DNA from: an uncultured Veillonellaceae bacterium
GTDB taxonomy: Bacteria > Bacillota > Negativicutes > JARBTT01
DNA length: 64,000 nucleotides
Direction: 5' to 3'
NCBI GenBank assembly: GCA_963805085.1
Contig: CAWDTA010000002.1
Coordinates: forward strand, 832,001 to 896,000
Below, one piece after another: positions 38,943-49,458 of this stretch. The notes beneath the pieces were generated by a model that was not told the origin of the DNA, did not search any database, and saw nothing but the letters and a program-made list of their open reading frames with translations. Position numbers and translations under genes: made by a program. Each line of letters starts with the position of its first letter. The stretch's first letter is position 1.

Positions 38943-40304
38943 ATGTCACAAGCAAGATTGGTATTTTTGGCGGTATTAACTACTTCTTTTATTGGGCCGT
39001 TTATGGGGAGTGCTATTAATTTGGCAATTCCAGCAATGGGGGAAACGTTTGGTGCAAATGCAAATGTGCTTAGTTGGGTTGTAACCGCTTATTTGCTTGG
39101 GTCGGTAATGGTGATGCTACCCATTGGGCGGCTTGCGGATATCATTGGGCGTAAAAAAGTCTATACACTAGGCGTAACTTTATTGATCGTGTTTACTTTA
39201 TTAGCTGGCTTTTCCTGGTCAGTTGAACTGTTGATTCTATTTCGTTTGATTCAGGGAATGGCCACAGCGATGATTTTTAGTACTGGGATGGCGATGATTA
39301 TCTCTGTTCACAAACTATCAGAGCGAGGGAGAGTAATTGGTTTTTCCGCGGCATCTACATATATCGGATTATCGCTAGGACCAATGCTCGGTGGGCTAGT
39401 GACACATTATATTGGTTGGCGTAGTATTTTTTTTATTACCGCAATCGTATTGGGCGTTAGTTTACTAGCAATCATCAGAGTCAAAGAAGAATGGTTTGGA
39501 GCCAAGGGCGAAACGTTTGATATAAGAGGAAGTGTTTGTTATATCATTGCGAGTCCGGCAATACTGTACGGCTGTTCGACGATTGTTACGGTAGGCTATG
39601 CGAAATATAGTTTAGTGGGTGGATTGCTGCTCTTTGCAATGTTTGTTAGAAGGCAACTCAATTGTCCGTCTCCCATTTTTGATGTAAAGCTTTTTCGTGG
39701 AAATACAGTATTTGCAATGTCAAATGTAGCGGCAATGATTAATTATAGTGCGACCTTTGCGATCGGTTTCATCTTATCGCTCTATCTACAGTTGATTCGT
39801 GGTTTTGATGCGCCAACAGCTGGCATGATTTTACTGATTCAGCCAATTATGATGGCACTATTTTCACCAAAAGCAGGGGCCTTGTCGGACAAGAATGATC
39901 CACAAATTGTGGCTTCTATTGGGATGGGCTTAAATACATTAGGTCTTATTTTCTTTGCTTTTATCAATACGGATACGCCAATTGTGCTCATTGGGCTTAA
40001 TCTTATGCTAATCGGGTTAGGGTTTGCCCTCTTTTCTTCACCTAATAATAATGCGATTATGGGGGCGGTCACACCAAAGTATTATGGTGTGGCAGCGTCG
40101 GCATTATCGGTTATGCGGCTCGCCGGGCAAGCAATTAGTATGGCAATTGTGACCTTTGTGTTATCAGTTTATGCGCTAGATACCATATCACCAGCGTATT
40201 TAAGCAATTTGTTGGTTGGTTTTCGTCAGATTTTTTTGATCTTTACCTTACTTTGTACAATCGGAACGATGGCTTCATTTGCCAGAGGAAAGAGAAAAAC
40301 CTAA
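38943..40304 (+). CDS. MFS transporter (DHA2/EmrB-like)
   Basis: GRLADIIGRKK, GPMLGG and FSSPNNNAIM motifs; many TM helices. Confidence 0.88.
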   Translation: MSQARLVFLAVLTTSFIGPFMGSAINLAIPAMGETFGANANVLSWVVTAYLLGSVMVMLPIGRLADIIGRKKVYTLGVTLLIVFTLLAGFSWSVELLILFRLIQGMATAMIFSTGMAMIISVHKLSERGRVIGFSAASTYIGLSLGPMLGGLVTHYIGWRSIFFITAIVLGVSLLAIIRVKEEWFGAKGETFDIRGSVCYIIASPAILYGCSTIVTVGYAKYSLVGGLLLFAMFVRRQLNCPSPIFDVKLFRGNTVFAMSNVAAMINYSATFAIGFILSLYLQLIRGFDAPTAGMILLIQPIMMALFSPKAGALSDKNDPQIVASIGMGLNTLGLIFFAFINTDTPIVLIGLNLMLIGLGFALFSSPNNNAIMGAVTPKYYGVAASALSVMRLAGQAISMAIVTFVLSVYALDTISPAYLSNLLVGFRQIFLIFTLLCTIGTMASFARGKRKT

Positions 40305-40333
40305 ATTATTTCAAAAATTTAGTATAAAACTTC

Positions 40334-40363
40334 TTGCATAGCATGGACAAGAAGTGATATAAT
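40334..40363 (+). promoter_or_regulatory. sigmaA promoter of rpsF-ssb-rpsR
   Basis: TTGCAT-N18 with extended -10 TGaTATAAT. Confidence 0.7.
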
Positions 40364-40405
40364 AATTTAGTCATAAGACAGTTAGGTTTCAAAAACTATT
40401 TTTGG

Positions 40406-40452
40406 ACCTTCCCTGCTCCGCTTAAGGAGCCATTAGTCCAGAGAGGGAGGTG
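40406..40452 (+). ncRNA. S6:S18 ribosomal-protein leader (autoregulatory RNA)
   Basis: CCTTCCCT pairs with the AGGGAGG SD; inner GCTCC/GGAGC hairpin followed by CC; typical rpsF leader layout. Confidence 0.75.
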
Positions 40453-40457
40453 ATTTC

Positions 40458-40742
40458 GTGAGAAAATACGAAGTCATATTCATTGTTAAACCACTTGAAG
40501 AAGAAGCAACTAACGCTGTAATCGAAAAATTCGAAAAGCTAATTGCTGACAATGGTGGTAACATTGATAAAGTTGATCGTTGGGGTAAAAAACGTTTAGC
40601 ATATGCAATTGATGATTGCATGGACGGTTATTACTGCTTATTCTACGTTACAGGTGAGCCAGCACTCGTTGCTGAAATTGACCGTGTAATGAAGATTACT
40701 GACGGCATCTTAAAACACATGATCATTAAAGAAGAAGAATAA
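40458..40742 (+). CDS. rpsF: 30S ribosomal protein S6
   Basis: MRKYE and WGKKRLAY motifs. Confidence 0.98.
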   Translation: MRKYEVIFIVKPLEEEATNAVIEKFEKLIADNGGNIDKVDRWGKKRLAYAIDDCMDGYYCLFYVTGEPALVAEIDRVMKITDGILKHMIIKEEE

Positions 40743-40766
40743 TATAGGCCAGGGGGAAAAGTTACC

Positions 40767-41177
40767 ATGAATAAGGTTATATTGGTTGGTCGTCTTGCAC
40801 GTGATCCAGAAGTACGTTATACGCAAAGTGGGAAAGCAAATGCTACATTCAGCCTTGCTGTTAGTCGTTATGCTGGTAATGGGCAAAATACAGCTGATTT
40901 TATACCCATCGTAGCGTGGGAAAAACTGGCCGAAATTTGTGGCAATAATCTAATCAAAGGTAGTCAGATCTTAGTTGAAGGTCGTATACAAGTTCGTAAT
41001 TATGAAACACAAGACGGTCAAAAACGTTATGTGACAGAAGTAATCGCTCAAAATATTGAGTTTATGGGCAGTAAACAATCAAAACCAAGTGATGACAGTA
41101 CTACACCTGCACCTGCAACGGGTGGTGCAAATTCCTTTGGTAGTGAAGTCTTCCCTGACGAAGAAATACCATTTTAA
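40767..41177 (+). CDS. ssb: single-stranded DNA-binding protein
   Basis: MNKVILVGRL OB fold; C-terminal EEIPF. Confidence 0.98.
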   Translation: MNKVILVGRLARDPEVRYTQSGKANATFSLAVSRYAGNGQNTADFIPIVAWEKLAEICGNNLIKGSQILVEGRIQVRNYETQDGQKRYVTEVIAQNIEFMGSKQSKPSDDSTTPAPATGGANSFGSEVFPDEEIPF

Positions 41178-41192
41178 AGGGAGGTATGTTCG

Positions 41193-41423
41193 GTGAGACG
41201 CGAAAGAGGAAGAAAACCTAAGAAAAAAGTTTGTAGTTTCTGCGTAGATAAAGTAGATTCTATCGATTATAAAGATGTTCCAAAATTACGCCGTTACGTT
41301 ACAGAACGCGGTAAAATTTTACCACGTCGTATTTCAGGTAACTGTGCGAAACATCAACGTCAAGTAACTGTAGCAATTAAACGTGCACGTAATATTGCAT
41401 TATTGCCATTTACTGCTGAATAA
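41193..41423 (+). CDS. rpsR: 30S ribosomal protein S18 (Zn-binding form)
   Basis: CSFC, IDYKD and [17 protein letters not shown] motifs. Confidence 0.98.
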   Translation: MRRERGRKPKKKVCSFCVDKVDSIDYKDVPKLRRYVTERGKILPRRISGNCAKHQRQVTVAIKRARNIALLPFTAE

Positions 41424-41433
41424 GATATTTAGC

Positions 41434-41458
41434 GAGAGAGCCGTAAGGCTCTCTTTTT
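41434..41458 (+). terminator. intrinsic terminator of the rpsF operon
   Basis: AGAGAGCC-gtaa-GGCTCTCT plus T tract. Confidence 0.85.
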
Positions 41459-41517
41459 GTATGCAAAAAAATAATAGGTAGGTATACTTACCTGTTGTAT
41501 AGAAAGATACAAGATAT

Positions 41518-41600
41518 TGTGGATAAGTGCTGAAAAATACTGCTCTAGTCACAAAATATATGAAGTTATACACAAAATCCTGTGATTATGCTGTGTATAA
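41518..41600. promoter_or_regulatory. DnaA-box cluster
   Basis: TGTGGATAA (41518), TTATACACA (41566) and TGTGTATAA (41592), plus two 2-mismatch boxes (41545, 41581). Confidence 0.7.
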
Positions 41601-41760
41601 GTTGAAATAAACCTATAGAATATGATAAAATTTCAAAATTGCTACCACTGAGCAAGACGTTGGTATTACTATTTGGAGGTTTTATTTGCAATTATATTGA
41701 ATCGTTATCTTTTACGAAAAAAGTATCTTATATGGGGTGAGCATAGCAGTTGATAAAAAG

Positions 41761-41809
41761 AAAAATAACCGTAGCTTTACTGAAACTCAGTAAAGCTACG
41801 GTTATTTTT
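41761..41809. terminator. bidirectional terminator
   Basis: AAAAATAACCGTAGCTTTACTGA/TCAGTAAAGCTACGGTTATTTTT. Confidence 0.85.
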
Positions 41810-41844
41810 ATCGGGAAAATGAAACTAATAAAGGAAGAGCTTCT

Positions 41845-42759
41845 TTATATATTCCAATAAGTAAGTAAGCTGGTCATGATAATAATGCTAATCGGAATGG
41901 CAAAAGAACTACAAATACCAGACAATTTCGTATCGGCACCACACTTTTCCGTAAAGATTGTCGTGCTGATTGGAATTGGCGAGAATGTCGTGAGAATCAC
42001 GACTTGCTTAATCGCCATCGAGAATGAAGTGTAGTAGTAAATGATGGCTGCAAACATAGTCGCTGTAACAAGGCGAACTGCTAATACCTTCGTGACATGG
42101 AGCCGTTGATATGTTTCTAATTTTCCCTCAAACAGCATGCCAATGAGCAGCATACATAAAAAGGGATTGGCACTACCGATATGCGAAGTGATGAAAAAAA
42201 TAAAAGCAGGCAATTTTATGCCTGCTATTGTAATAAATAGCATAATCATATACACATCAAAGGGAATGGACGATAGCATCTTTTTTATAAAGTTTTTTAG
42301 CTTTTGTTTTTCGCTATTTCCAGCGATCTCTGAAGCCAAAGCATACGTAATGCCTGTACACATGACGGAGTTACCAATGTCAAACATACTGGTAACAATA
42401 ACCCCGAAAGGACCTAAGGCAGTTTGAACAAAAGGAAGAGTAAAGCAGCCGATATTATAGCCAGGCATATTTAAGACATTAAATGCTTTAATTTCATTAT
42501 GCTGATCAAAGGATAATAATAACGCGAGGATACAAACGATAATATTAAACAGGAGGCTGACAAGGATCACATAATATAACGATGAATCCATGGTAAAGTT
42601 GGCAAACCCTGAAATCAAGGCACAAGGCAACGTAATGAGCATAATCAGATTGGTAATTAATCTACGGCCTTCTAACGTAACGAAATCTTGCCTTTTTAAG
42701 ATATAACCAATGATAATAATGATGATTAAGCTAAGTGCATTTAGTAGAACATTACTCAT
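41845..42759 (-). CDS. AEC (auxin efflux carrier/malate permease) family transporter
   Basis: ITLPCAL, GYNIGCFTLPF and FDIGN motifs; about 10 TM helices. Confidence 0.85.
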   Translation of the reverse strand: MSNVLLNALSLIIIIIIGYILKRQDFVTLEGRRLITNLIMLITLPCALISGFANFTMDSSLYYVILVSLLFNIIVCILALLLSFDQHNEIKAFNVLNMPGYNIGCFTLPFVQTALGPFGVIVTSMFDIGNSVMCTGITYALASEIAGNSEKQKLKNFIKKMLSSIPFDVYMIMLFITIAGIKLPAFIFFITSHIGSANPFLCMLLIGMLFEGKLETYQRLHVTKVLAVRLVTATMFAAIIYYYTSFSMAIKQVVILTTFSPIPISTTIFTEKCGADTKLSGICSSFAIPISIIIMTSLLTYWNI

Positions 42760-42880
42760 AAAAAACCTCTTTTAATAAATACTTTTATCTTATGATAACG
42801 CCTAGAAAAGATAACCGCAAGGTAAGTTGTAAAGAGAAAACCAGCCAACGGTAGCTTTCTTGCTAACGTTGGCTGGTTTT

Positions 42881-43678
42881 TTAGATAATTTCATCTAAAG
42901 GGTCGAGCTCGATGATTTCAATCCCTTTGCCGCGAAGGAGGGAAATTTCAGTTTCATCAGCGCCTTTATTCGTAATGATGGTTGAAATTTTATCTAGGGA
43001 ACCACTGAGAAAATTATGCTGCTTGCCAATTTTTGAACTGCCAGCTAATACAAAGCAAGGGCCAATGCAACGTTTTAACATCATATCATTGATGGGGGTT
43101 TCTTGCAGTACAGAGGTGGTAATGCCACCGCGAATACTAATACCACCGACGCCAATAAAGGTTTTGTTAGCAGTGATTTTTGTTAATGTATGAATGGCAA
43201 ATTCACCAACCATGGATTGCTTTCTTTCGTAAATTTCGCCACCAGTTAATACGACTTCTACCCGAGGGTCTTTTTCAGCATTAATTGCTTTTCCATTGTT
43301 CGTAATGACAATCACTCGTTTATTGGTCAGGTATTTTAAAATTAGTAAAGCCGTAGAGCTTGAGTTAATAAAGATGGTATCCCCATCGTCAATCAGTGAA
43401 GCTGCATATTTAGCAATCGCATGTTTTTGTAAAATACTTTTTGGCGATAAGGTATCTGGTGCGGGGTCTTCTTTTAAGTTTCCTTCTAATAATTTTGCAC
43501 CACCATGAAATCTCGCGACGATATTTTGTTGTTCAAAGATCTGTAGATCACGACGAATTGTCGTTGGTGATACTTTCATCTCTTCCGCAAGATCATCGAC
43601 TTGTACACTGTTATGCTCTTTTAAACATTTTAAAATATATTGCTGACGTTTAAATACAATGCCTTTGCTCTTTTTCAT
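42881..43678 (-). CDS. ulaR: DeoR/GlpR-family regulator of the ascorbate operon
   Basis: VSPTTIRRDL HTH, RFHGGA and sugar-phosphate-binding domain; divergent from ulaG. Confidence 0.82.
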   Translation of the reverse strand: MKKSKGIVFKRQQYILKCLKEHNSVQVDDLAEEMKVSPTTIRRDLQIFEQQNIVARFHGGAKLLEGNLKEDPAPDTLSPKSILQKHAIAKYAASLIDDGDTIFINSSSTALLILKYLTNKRVIVITNNGKAINAEKDPRVEVVLTGGEIYERKQSMVGEFAIHTLTKITANKTFIGVGGISIRGGITTSVLQETPINDMMLKRCIGPCFVLAGSSKIGKQHNFLSGSLDKISTIITNKGADETEISLLRGKGIEIIELDPLDEII

Positions 43679-44066
43679 GATACGGTTCGTCCTTTCAATA
43701 CGTGCATATAATACAATTTTATTATTCGTTTAATGTCCAAATTATAGATGAAATGAACATCGATTATTTTGTTTTTATCCATAAGATACTTATATTATAA
43801 TACAATTCTATGGAAATAAACAACTGTTATTAATAAAAAAACATACATATGATCATAAAATTAATTATATCCATATATTATATGATCGTTTTAAATAAAT
43901 AAGCATATAATATTGAACATAAACGAAAAATATTAGATTTATACTTGTAAATCAATAATAAAAGGTGTAATATAAAAACATAAACAATGCTCGTTTGAGA
44001 AAAAATTAAGTGAAATGAGCATAAAATAAATTATATATTGCAAAACGAACATAACGGAGGAATATC

Positions 44067-45131
44067 ATGAGCAAAGTTAAAGAAATTAGCAGAGAATCAT
44101 GGATTTTAAGCACATTTCCAGAGTGGGGCACTTGGTTAAATGAAGAAATTGAACAAGAAGTAGTTGCGCCTGGAACATTTGCAATGTGGTGGCTAGGATG
44201 CACTGGTATATGGGTAAAATCAGAAGGAAGTGCGAATATTTGCATTGATTTTTGGTGTGGTAGTGGTAAAAGAACCAAAGCAAAACCCAATATGGATCCG
44301 CAACATCAAATGGCCAGAATGTGTGGTGGAAAAAAATTACAACCAAACTTAAGAGTAGCACCATTTGTCCTTGATCCATTTGGCATTAAACAAATTGATG
44401 CGGTATTATCCACTCATTATCATAATGATCATATTGATGTCAATGTTGCTGCAGCAGTTATGCAAAATTGTGCAAGTGATGTTTCCTTTATCGGACCTAG
44501 ATATTGCGTTGAAAAATGGATGGAATGGGGCGTGCCAGCAGAGCGTTGCATTACCGTAAAACCTGGTGATGTAGTAAAAGTAAAAGATATGGAAATCGTA
44601 GCATTAGAATCTTTTGATCGTACAGCTTTGATTACAGCACCACCAGATGGAGATTTAAAAGGTTGGTCACCAGATGATATGGATGAAAAAGCGGTAAACT
44701 ATCTAATCAAAACTCCAGGTGGTAATCTTTATCACAGTGGTGATTCTCATTATTCCAATTATTATGCAAAGCATGGCAATGATTACAAAATTAATGTTGC
44801 ATTAGGTTCTTATGGTGAAAATCCTCGTGGCATTACCGATAAAATGACAGCTTCTGATATTCTTCGTATGGGTGAATCCTTAAATACAGAGGTAGTAATT
44901 CCGTTCCATCATGATATTTGGGCTAATTTCCAAGCTGATCCAGCAGAAATTACGGCTTTATATGAAATGAAAAAACATCGCCTGCAATATAAATTTAAAC
45001 CATTTATCTGGCAAGTTGGTGGAAAATTCGTATTCCCAGCGGATAAAGATAAGAGAGAATATCATTATCCAAGAGGTTTCGAAGATTGCTTTGCAAAAGA
45101 TATTAATCTACCATTCACTAGCTTCTTATAA
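44067..45131 (+). CDS. ulaG: L-ascorbate-6-phosphate lactonase
   Basis: [33 protein letters not shown] and C-terminal LPFTSFL. Confidence 0.97.
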   Translation: MSKVKEISRESWILSTFPEWGTWLNEEIEQEVVAPGTFAMWWLGCTGIWVKSEGSANICIDFWCGSGKRTKAKPNMDPQHQMARMCGGKKLQPNLRVAPFVLDPFGIKQIDAVLSTHYHNDHIDVNVAAAVMQNCASDVSFIGPRYCVEKWMEWGVPAERCITVKPGDVVKVKDMEIVALESFDRTALITAPPDGDLKGWSPDDMDEKAVNYLIKTPGGNLYHSGDSHYSNYYAKHGNDYKINVALGSYGENPRGITDKMTASDILRMGESLNTEVVIPFHHDIWANFQADPAEITALYEMKKHRLQYKFKPFIWQVGGKFVFPADKDKREYHYPRGFEDCFAKDINLPFTSFL

Positions 45132-45245
45132 GACTGTATAAAGCTTTAATGGATACTGCATTAAAATTCGGTTTGTGATCTCTTTTAGATTTTGCAAACC
45201 GTATTTGTCGAATTATTTGAAAATTGAAAATAGGTGGCGAATTAT

Positions 45246-45680
45246 ATGTTTCAAAAATTAATTAAAACGAAACGATATTCCTTCCATAAAGGTTTTGCAA
45301 CGTGGGAAGAAGCTGTTAGAGCGGCTTGTCAACCACTACTTGCTGATAAAACAATCGAACCAGAGTATCCAGATGCGATTATTGGCAAAGTAAAAGAACT
45401 TGGACCATATATCGTCATTGCCCCTAATATCTGCATTCCTCATGCGCAAGAAGGCGTAGGGGTAAATGATACGGCAATTTGTTTTATGAAAACAGAGGAA
45501 CCAGTTCATTTCAGTGATGACCCTAATTATGATGCTAAGTTGTTTTTTGTACTAGCTTCTGTTGATAATACAATCCATTTAGAAAACCTTTGTGAGTTAT
45601 CAGAGTTGTTATCAGATGAAGAAATTGTGGAAAAATTGTTAGCGGCAAAATCCGTAGAAGACTTAAAAGAGTTACCTTGA
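45246..45680 (+). CDS. ulaC: PTS ascorbate EIIA
   Basis: GPYIVIAPNICIPHA phospho-His motif; operon context. Confidence 0.85.
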   Translation: MFQKLIKTKRYSFHKGFATWEEAVRAACQPLLADKTIEPEYPDAIIGKVKELGPYIVIAPNICIPHAQEGVGVNDTAICFMKTEEPVHFSDDPNYDAKLFFVLASVDNTIHLENLCELSELLSDEEIVEKLLAAKSVEDLKELP

Positions 45681-45735
45681 TAATAAAAAATTATAATCCG
45701 AGGTTTAAAATCGCAATTATAGGAGGTATACACAT

Positions 45736-47193
45736 ATGGAATTTCTAATGGTTGTTTGGGAATTTTTCCAGAACAACGTATTAACAAAACCTCAATTCTT
45801 CGTCGGTCTAATTGTATTTGTCGGTTATTTATTATTACAAAAACCAATTTATGAAGCACTTGCTGGGTTCATAAAAGCGGTTGTTGGCTATATGATATTG
45901 ATGGTAGCATCTGGTGGATTGGTTGGTAATTTCCGTCCAGTACTTGTAGGTTTAAAGGATAGATTTGATTTATCTGCAGCGGTTATTGATCCATATTTTG
46001 GTCAAGCAGCAGCGCAAGCATCGGTTGAAAGTGTTGGACGATCATTCTCAATGATGATGCTCGTACTATTAATTGCATTTTCATTTAACTTGTTACTTGT
46101 GTTATTTAGAAGATATACAAAAATCCGTACCCTGTTCATTACTGGTCACGTAATGGTACAACAATCCTCTACAGCTTTATGGCTCGTGCTTTTTTGTTTT
46201 CCTCAACTACAAGATGCTGGAGTAGTCGTGATGCTGGGAATCTTACTTGGCACGTACTGGTCAGTGGCCTCCAATCTTACGGTTGAACCTTGTCAAAAGT
46301 TAACGGAAGGTGGCGGTTTTGCGACAGGTCATCAACAAATGTTTGGTATTTGGTTCGTATCCAAAATCGCTGGTAAAATCGGTGATAAAAAGAAATCGAT
46401 TGAAAGTTTAAAATTACCTGGTTTCTTATCGATTTTCAATGAAAACGTTGTAGCAACTGGTATTCTAATGTTATTTTTCTTTGGTGCGATTATCACAATT
46501 TTAGGCCCAGATATGATGCATAAAATTGATAAAAGCTTTGCTACAGAGCAGAATTTTGCGTTCTATATTGTTGAGAAATCCTTTAACTTCTCAGTTTATT
46601 TAACAATCTTACAATTAGGGGTAAGAATGTTCGTATCGGAATTAACAGAATCTTTCCAAGGAATTTCCAACAAAATTCTTCCAGGTTCAATGCCGGCTGT
46701 TGACTGTGCGGCTACGTATGGCTTTGGTCATCCTAATGCAGTTACAATCGGGTTCTTATTTGGTGCACTCGGTCAATTCACAGCAATCATCGGATTACTT
46801 GTATTTCAAAGTCCTATCCTGATCATCAGTGGATTCGTACCGTTGTTCTTCGATAATGCAACTTTTGCTGTATTTGCGAACCGATTAGGTGGGATCAAAG
46901 CTGCCGTCATTATCACTTACTTCTCCGGTATGACGCAAGTTCTTGGTGGTGCCTTCGCTGCTTACTTCTTTATGACTGGTAAGTTCGGTGGGTGGCATGG
47001 TAACTTTGACTGGGATACGATTTGGCCAGCAATTGGTGTGATCATGAAATATGGTCAATATGTTGGGGTAGCAGCTGTGGTTATTTTATTACTTGCAATT
47101 CCACAAATTCTATATCGTCAAAACAGAGATACCTATTTCTTAATCGCGGAAGATTATGATAAATATCTTGAGGTAAAAGGCGAAAAAGAATAA
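45736..47193 (+). CDS. ulaA: PTS ascorbate EIIC (UlaA/SgaT)
   Basis: LFITGH, GHQQM, GVRMFVSEL, PAVDC and GFVPLFFDN motifs. Confidence 0.93.
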   Translation: MEFLMVVWEFFQNNVLTKPQFFVGLIVFVGYLLLQKPIYEALAGFIKAVVGYMILMVASGGLVGNFRPVLVGLKDRFDLSAAVIDPYFGQAAAQASVESVGRSFSMMMLVLLIAFSFNLLLVLFRRYTKIRTLFITGHVMVQQSSTALWLVLFCFPQLQDAGVVVMLGILLGTYWSVASNLTVEPCQKLTEGGGFATGHQQMFGIWFVSKIAGKIGDKKKSIESLKLPGFLSIFNENVVATGILMLFFFGAIITILGPDMMHKIDKSFATEQNFAFYIVEKSFNFSVYLTILQLGVRMFVSELTESFQGISNKILPGSMPAVDCAATYGFGHPNAVTIGFLFGALGQFTAIIGLLVFQSPILIISGFVPLFFDNATFAVFANRLGGIKAAVIITYFSGMTQVLGGAFAAYFFMTGKFGGWHGNFDWDTIWPAIGVIMKYGQYVGVAAVVILLLAIPQILYRQNRDTYFLIAEDYDKYLEVKGEKE

Positions 47194-47243
47194 GTAATAG
47201 CTAGTTGTATAAATATTACAAATTTAAAAATGAGGTGTTCATT

Positions 47244-47537
47244 ATGTTAAAAGTAATTGCTGCCTGCGGTAGTGGGATGGGTTCAAGTCAGATTATAAAA
47301 ATGAAATTAGAAAAAGTATTTAAGAAACTTGGCATTGAGGCAAGTATTTATCATACCAACGTTGGTGATGCAAAATCACAAGCTGGTAATTATGATGTAG
47401 TTGTTTGTTCTGAATCATTGATTGGAACATTTACCAATGCATCCGCAAAAGGAATTACGGTAATCGGTCTTAAAAATTTATTGTCAGAAAAAGAAATTGA
47501 AGAAAAAGTAACTGAAAATATCGTAAATAAACAATAA
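47244..47537 (+). CDS. ulaB: PTS ascorbate EIIB
   Basis: ACGSGMGSS motif; GAGGTG SD before ATG 47244. Confidence 0.9.
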   Translation: MLKVIAACGSGMGSSQIIKMKLEKVFKKLGIEASIYHTNVGDAKSQAGNYDVVVCSESLIGTFTNASAKGITVIGLKNLLSEKEIEEKVTENIVNKQ

Positions 47538-47606
47538 AATAGACAGTTTGAATAATGGGAAAATAGAAATATTTTCCCATTGTTTGGAGTTGGGAGTGTT
47601 TTTAGT

Positions 47607-48638
47607 ATGAAAATAGAAAAGAAATTTTTAACGAAATTGCATAGATGTTACGCGACAAGCAGTACAGTGATTGATGGCGAAAAGAAAATCTTATTTGCAA
47701 CAGAAGGCGAAGGCCCATGTTACATGTACTCCGGGGCTGAATTTGAGCAGTCTACTGTTTGGGACGGTCCTGGCGGTACGATGTCTATCGTTGCTGTTCC
47801 TGGTAAAAACGGTGATTTTTTAGCAGTGCAAAACTTTTTTCCAACGTTTCAATCGGAGAAGGCAACCATAGTTTGGGGTAAGCCACAAGCGGATGGTAAG
47901 TGGCAGGTAAAAACATTGTTTAAAATGCCATATATTCATAGATTCGATATTCTTTCGGCGGATGGTGTGAATTATTTTATTGGCTGCACGCTTTGTACCA
48001 GCAAAATAGAAAAAGAAGACTGGTCAGATCCAGGGAAAATCTATGTTGGTGTCATTCCAGAAGATTTGGATGAGCCAATAGAACTTAAGATTATCAAAAC
48101 AGGCATGACCAAGAATCACGGCTATAGCCACGTGATTTGGCATGGTAAAATGGCGGGCATGGTTACTTGTGAAGAGGGGGTATTTGCTGTAACGCCACCG
48201 CAAAAAGCAGGCGAAGCATGGACGATTGAAACAGTGCTTGAGCGTCCAGTCAGTGATATTGCTGTTGTTGATATTGATGGCGACGGCGTGGATGAATTGG
48301 TAACGATTGAGCCATTCCATGGTAATCAATTTTTAATTAACAAGAAAACAGACAAAGATTATCAAGTTGTTTATCAATATCCCGAAAAGATGGAGTTTGG
48401 TCATGTAGTATGGGGTGGTCAGTTAAGAGGCGTGCCAACGATTATTGGTGGACAAAGAAGACATGCAAAGGATTTGTTCTATATTCAATATAAAAATGGT
48501 GAGTATGTAAAAACGACAATCGAAACAGATATCGGACCTAGTAATGTTGCCGTGATCACTGATAAAGATCATGATATTATCATTTCTGCTAACCGTGAAA
48601 TCGGTGAAGCTGTTTTATATTTGGTTACTGATAAATGA
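47607..48638 (+). CDS. cytoplasmic beta-propeller protein (FG-GAP/VCBS-like), resembling the aldos-2-ulose dehydratase propeller
   Basis: Beta-rich, no signal peptide; DIDGDGVDEL loop and His motifs YIHRF, KNHG, IEPFHGN, FGH. Confidence 0.6.
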   Translation: MKIEKKFLTKLHRCYATSSTVIDGEKKILFATEGEGPCYMYSGAEFEQSTVWDGPGGTMSIVAVPGKNGDFLAVQNFFPTFQSEKATIVWGKPQADGKWQVKTLFKMPYIHRFDILSADGVNYFIGCTLCTSKIEKEDWSDPGKIYVGVIPEDLDEPIELKIIKTGMTKNHGYSHVIWHGKMAGMVTCEEGVFAVTPPQKAGEAWTIETVLERPVSDIAVVDIDGDGVDELVTIEPFHGNQFLINKKTDKDYQVVYQYPEKMEFGHVVWGGQLRGVPTIIGGQRRHAKDLFYIQYKNGEYVKTTIETDIGPSNVAVITDKDHDIIISANREIGEAVLYLVTDK

Positions 48639-48664
48639 CTTTAGGCTAAAGGGGATTGAAAAGC

Positions 48665-49357
48665 ATGTTAGAAGAGTTGAAACAAAAAGTTTATGAAGCC
48701 AATATGTTATTGCCGAAATATGGGCTGATCACCTTTACTTGGGGCAATGTTTCTGCGATTGATAGAGAATCAGGTCTGTTTGTGATTAAACCATCGGGTG
48801 TAGAGTATGACAAAATGGCAGCAGAAGATATGATTGTCGTTGATCTGAATGGTAACGTTATCGAAGGAAGATTAAAACCATCTTCCGATACACCGACACA
48901 TTTAAAATTGTATCAAGAATTTAAGAATATTGGTGGTGTTGTCCATACGCATTCACGCTGGGCAACAGTTTTTGCCCAAGCGGGTTTTGCTATTAAGGCT
49001 TATGGAACAACACAAGCAGATTATTTTCATGGCACGATTCCTTGTACGGAGGCGATGACGAAAGTGGCGATTGAAGGCGAATATGAGTATAATACGGGAA
49101 ATAGTATCGTGGATACATTTAAAGAAAGTAACCCTGATCATATGCCAGCAGTTTTAGTGAGAAATCATGGACCTTTCACTTGGGGCAAAGATGCCTTTGA
49201 AGCTGTGCATAACGCAGTAGTATTGGAAGAAGTGGCAATGATCGCGTTCAATACGGAGTTACTAAGTCAGGGGAAGGTAGCGTCGATGCCAAAAATGTTG
49301 TTAGATAAACATTTTTGGCGTAAGCATGGGCCAAATGCTTATTACGGACAAAAATAA
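48665..49357 (+). CDS. ulaF: L-ribulose-5-phosphate 4-epimerase
   Basis: [19 protein letters not shown] and [11 protein letters not shown] motifs (AraD/UlaF). Confidence 0.93.
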   Translation: MLEELKQKVYEANMLLPKYGLITFTWGNVSAIDRESGLFVIKPSGVEYDKMAAEDMIVVDLNGNVIEGRLKPSSDTPTHLKLYQEFKNIGGVVHTHSRWATVFAQAGFAIKAYGTTQADYFHGTIPCTEAMTKVAIEGEYEYNTGNSIVDTFKESNPDHMPAVLVRNHGPFTWGKDAFEAVHNAVVLEEVAMIAFNTELLSQGKVASMPKMLLDKHFWRKHGPNAYYGQK

Positions 49358-49458
49358 GGATAGGTACTAAACCTTGCTCGCTTTGCTAGTCTCGCTGTTT
49401 TTGTGGGCAAGCAGAGCGAGCAACTCTTTAATCAGATTTATTTCGACGAAGGAAGTGA

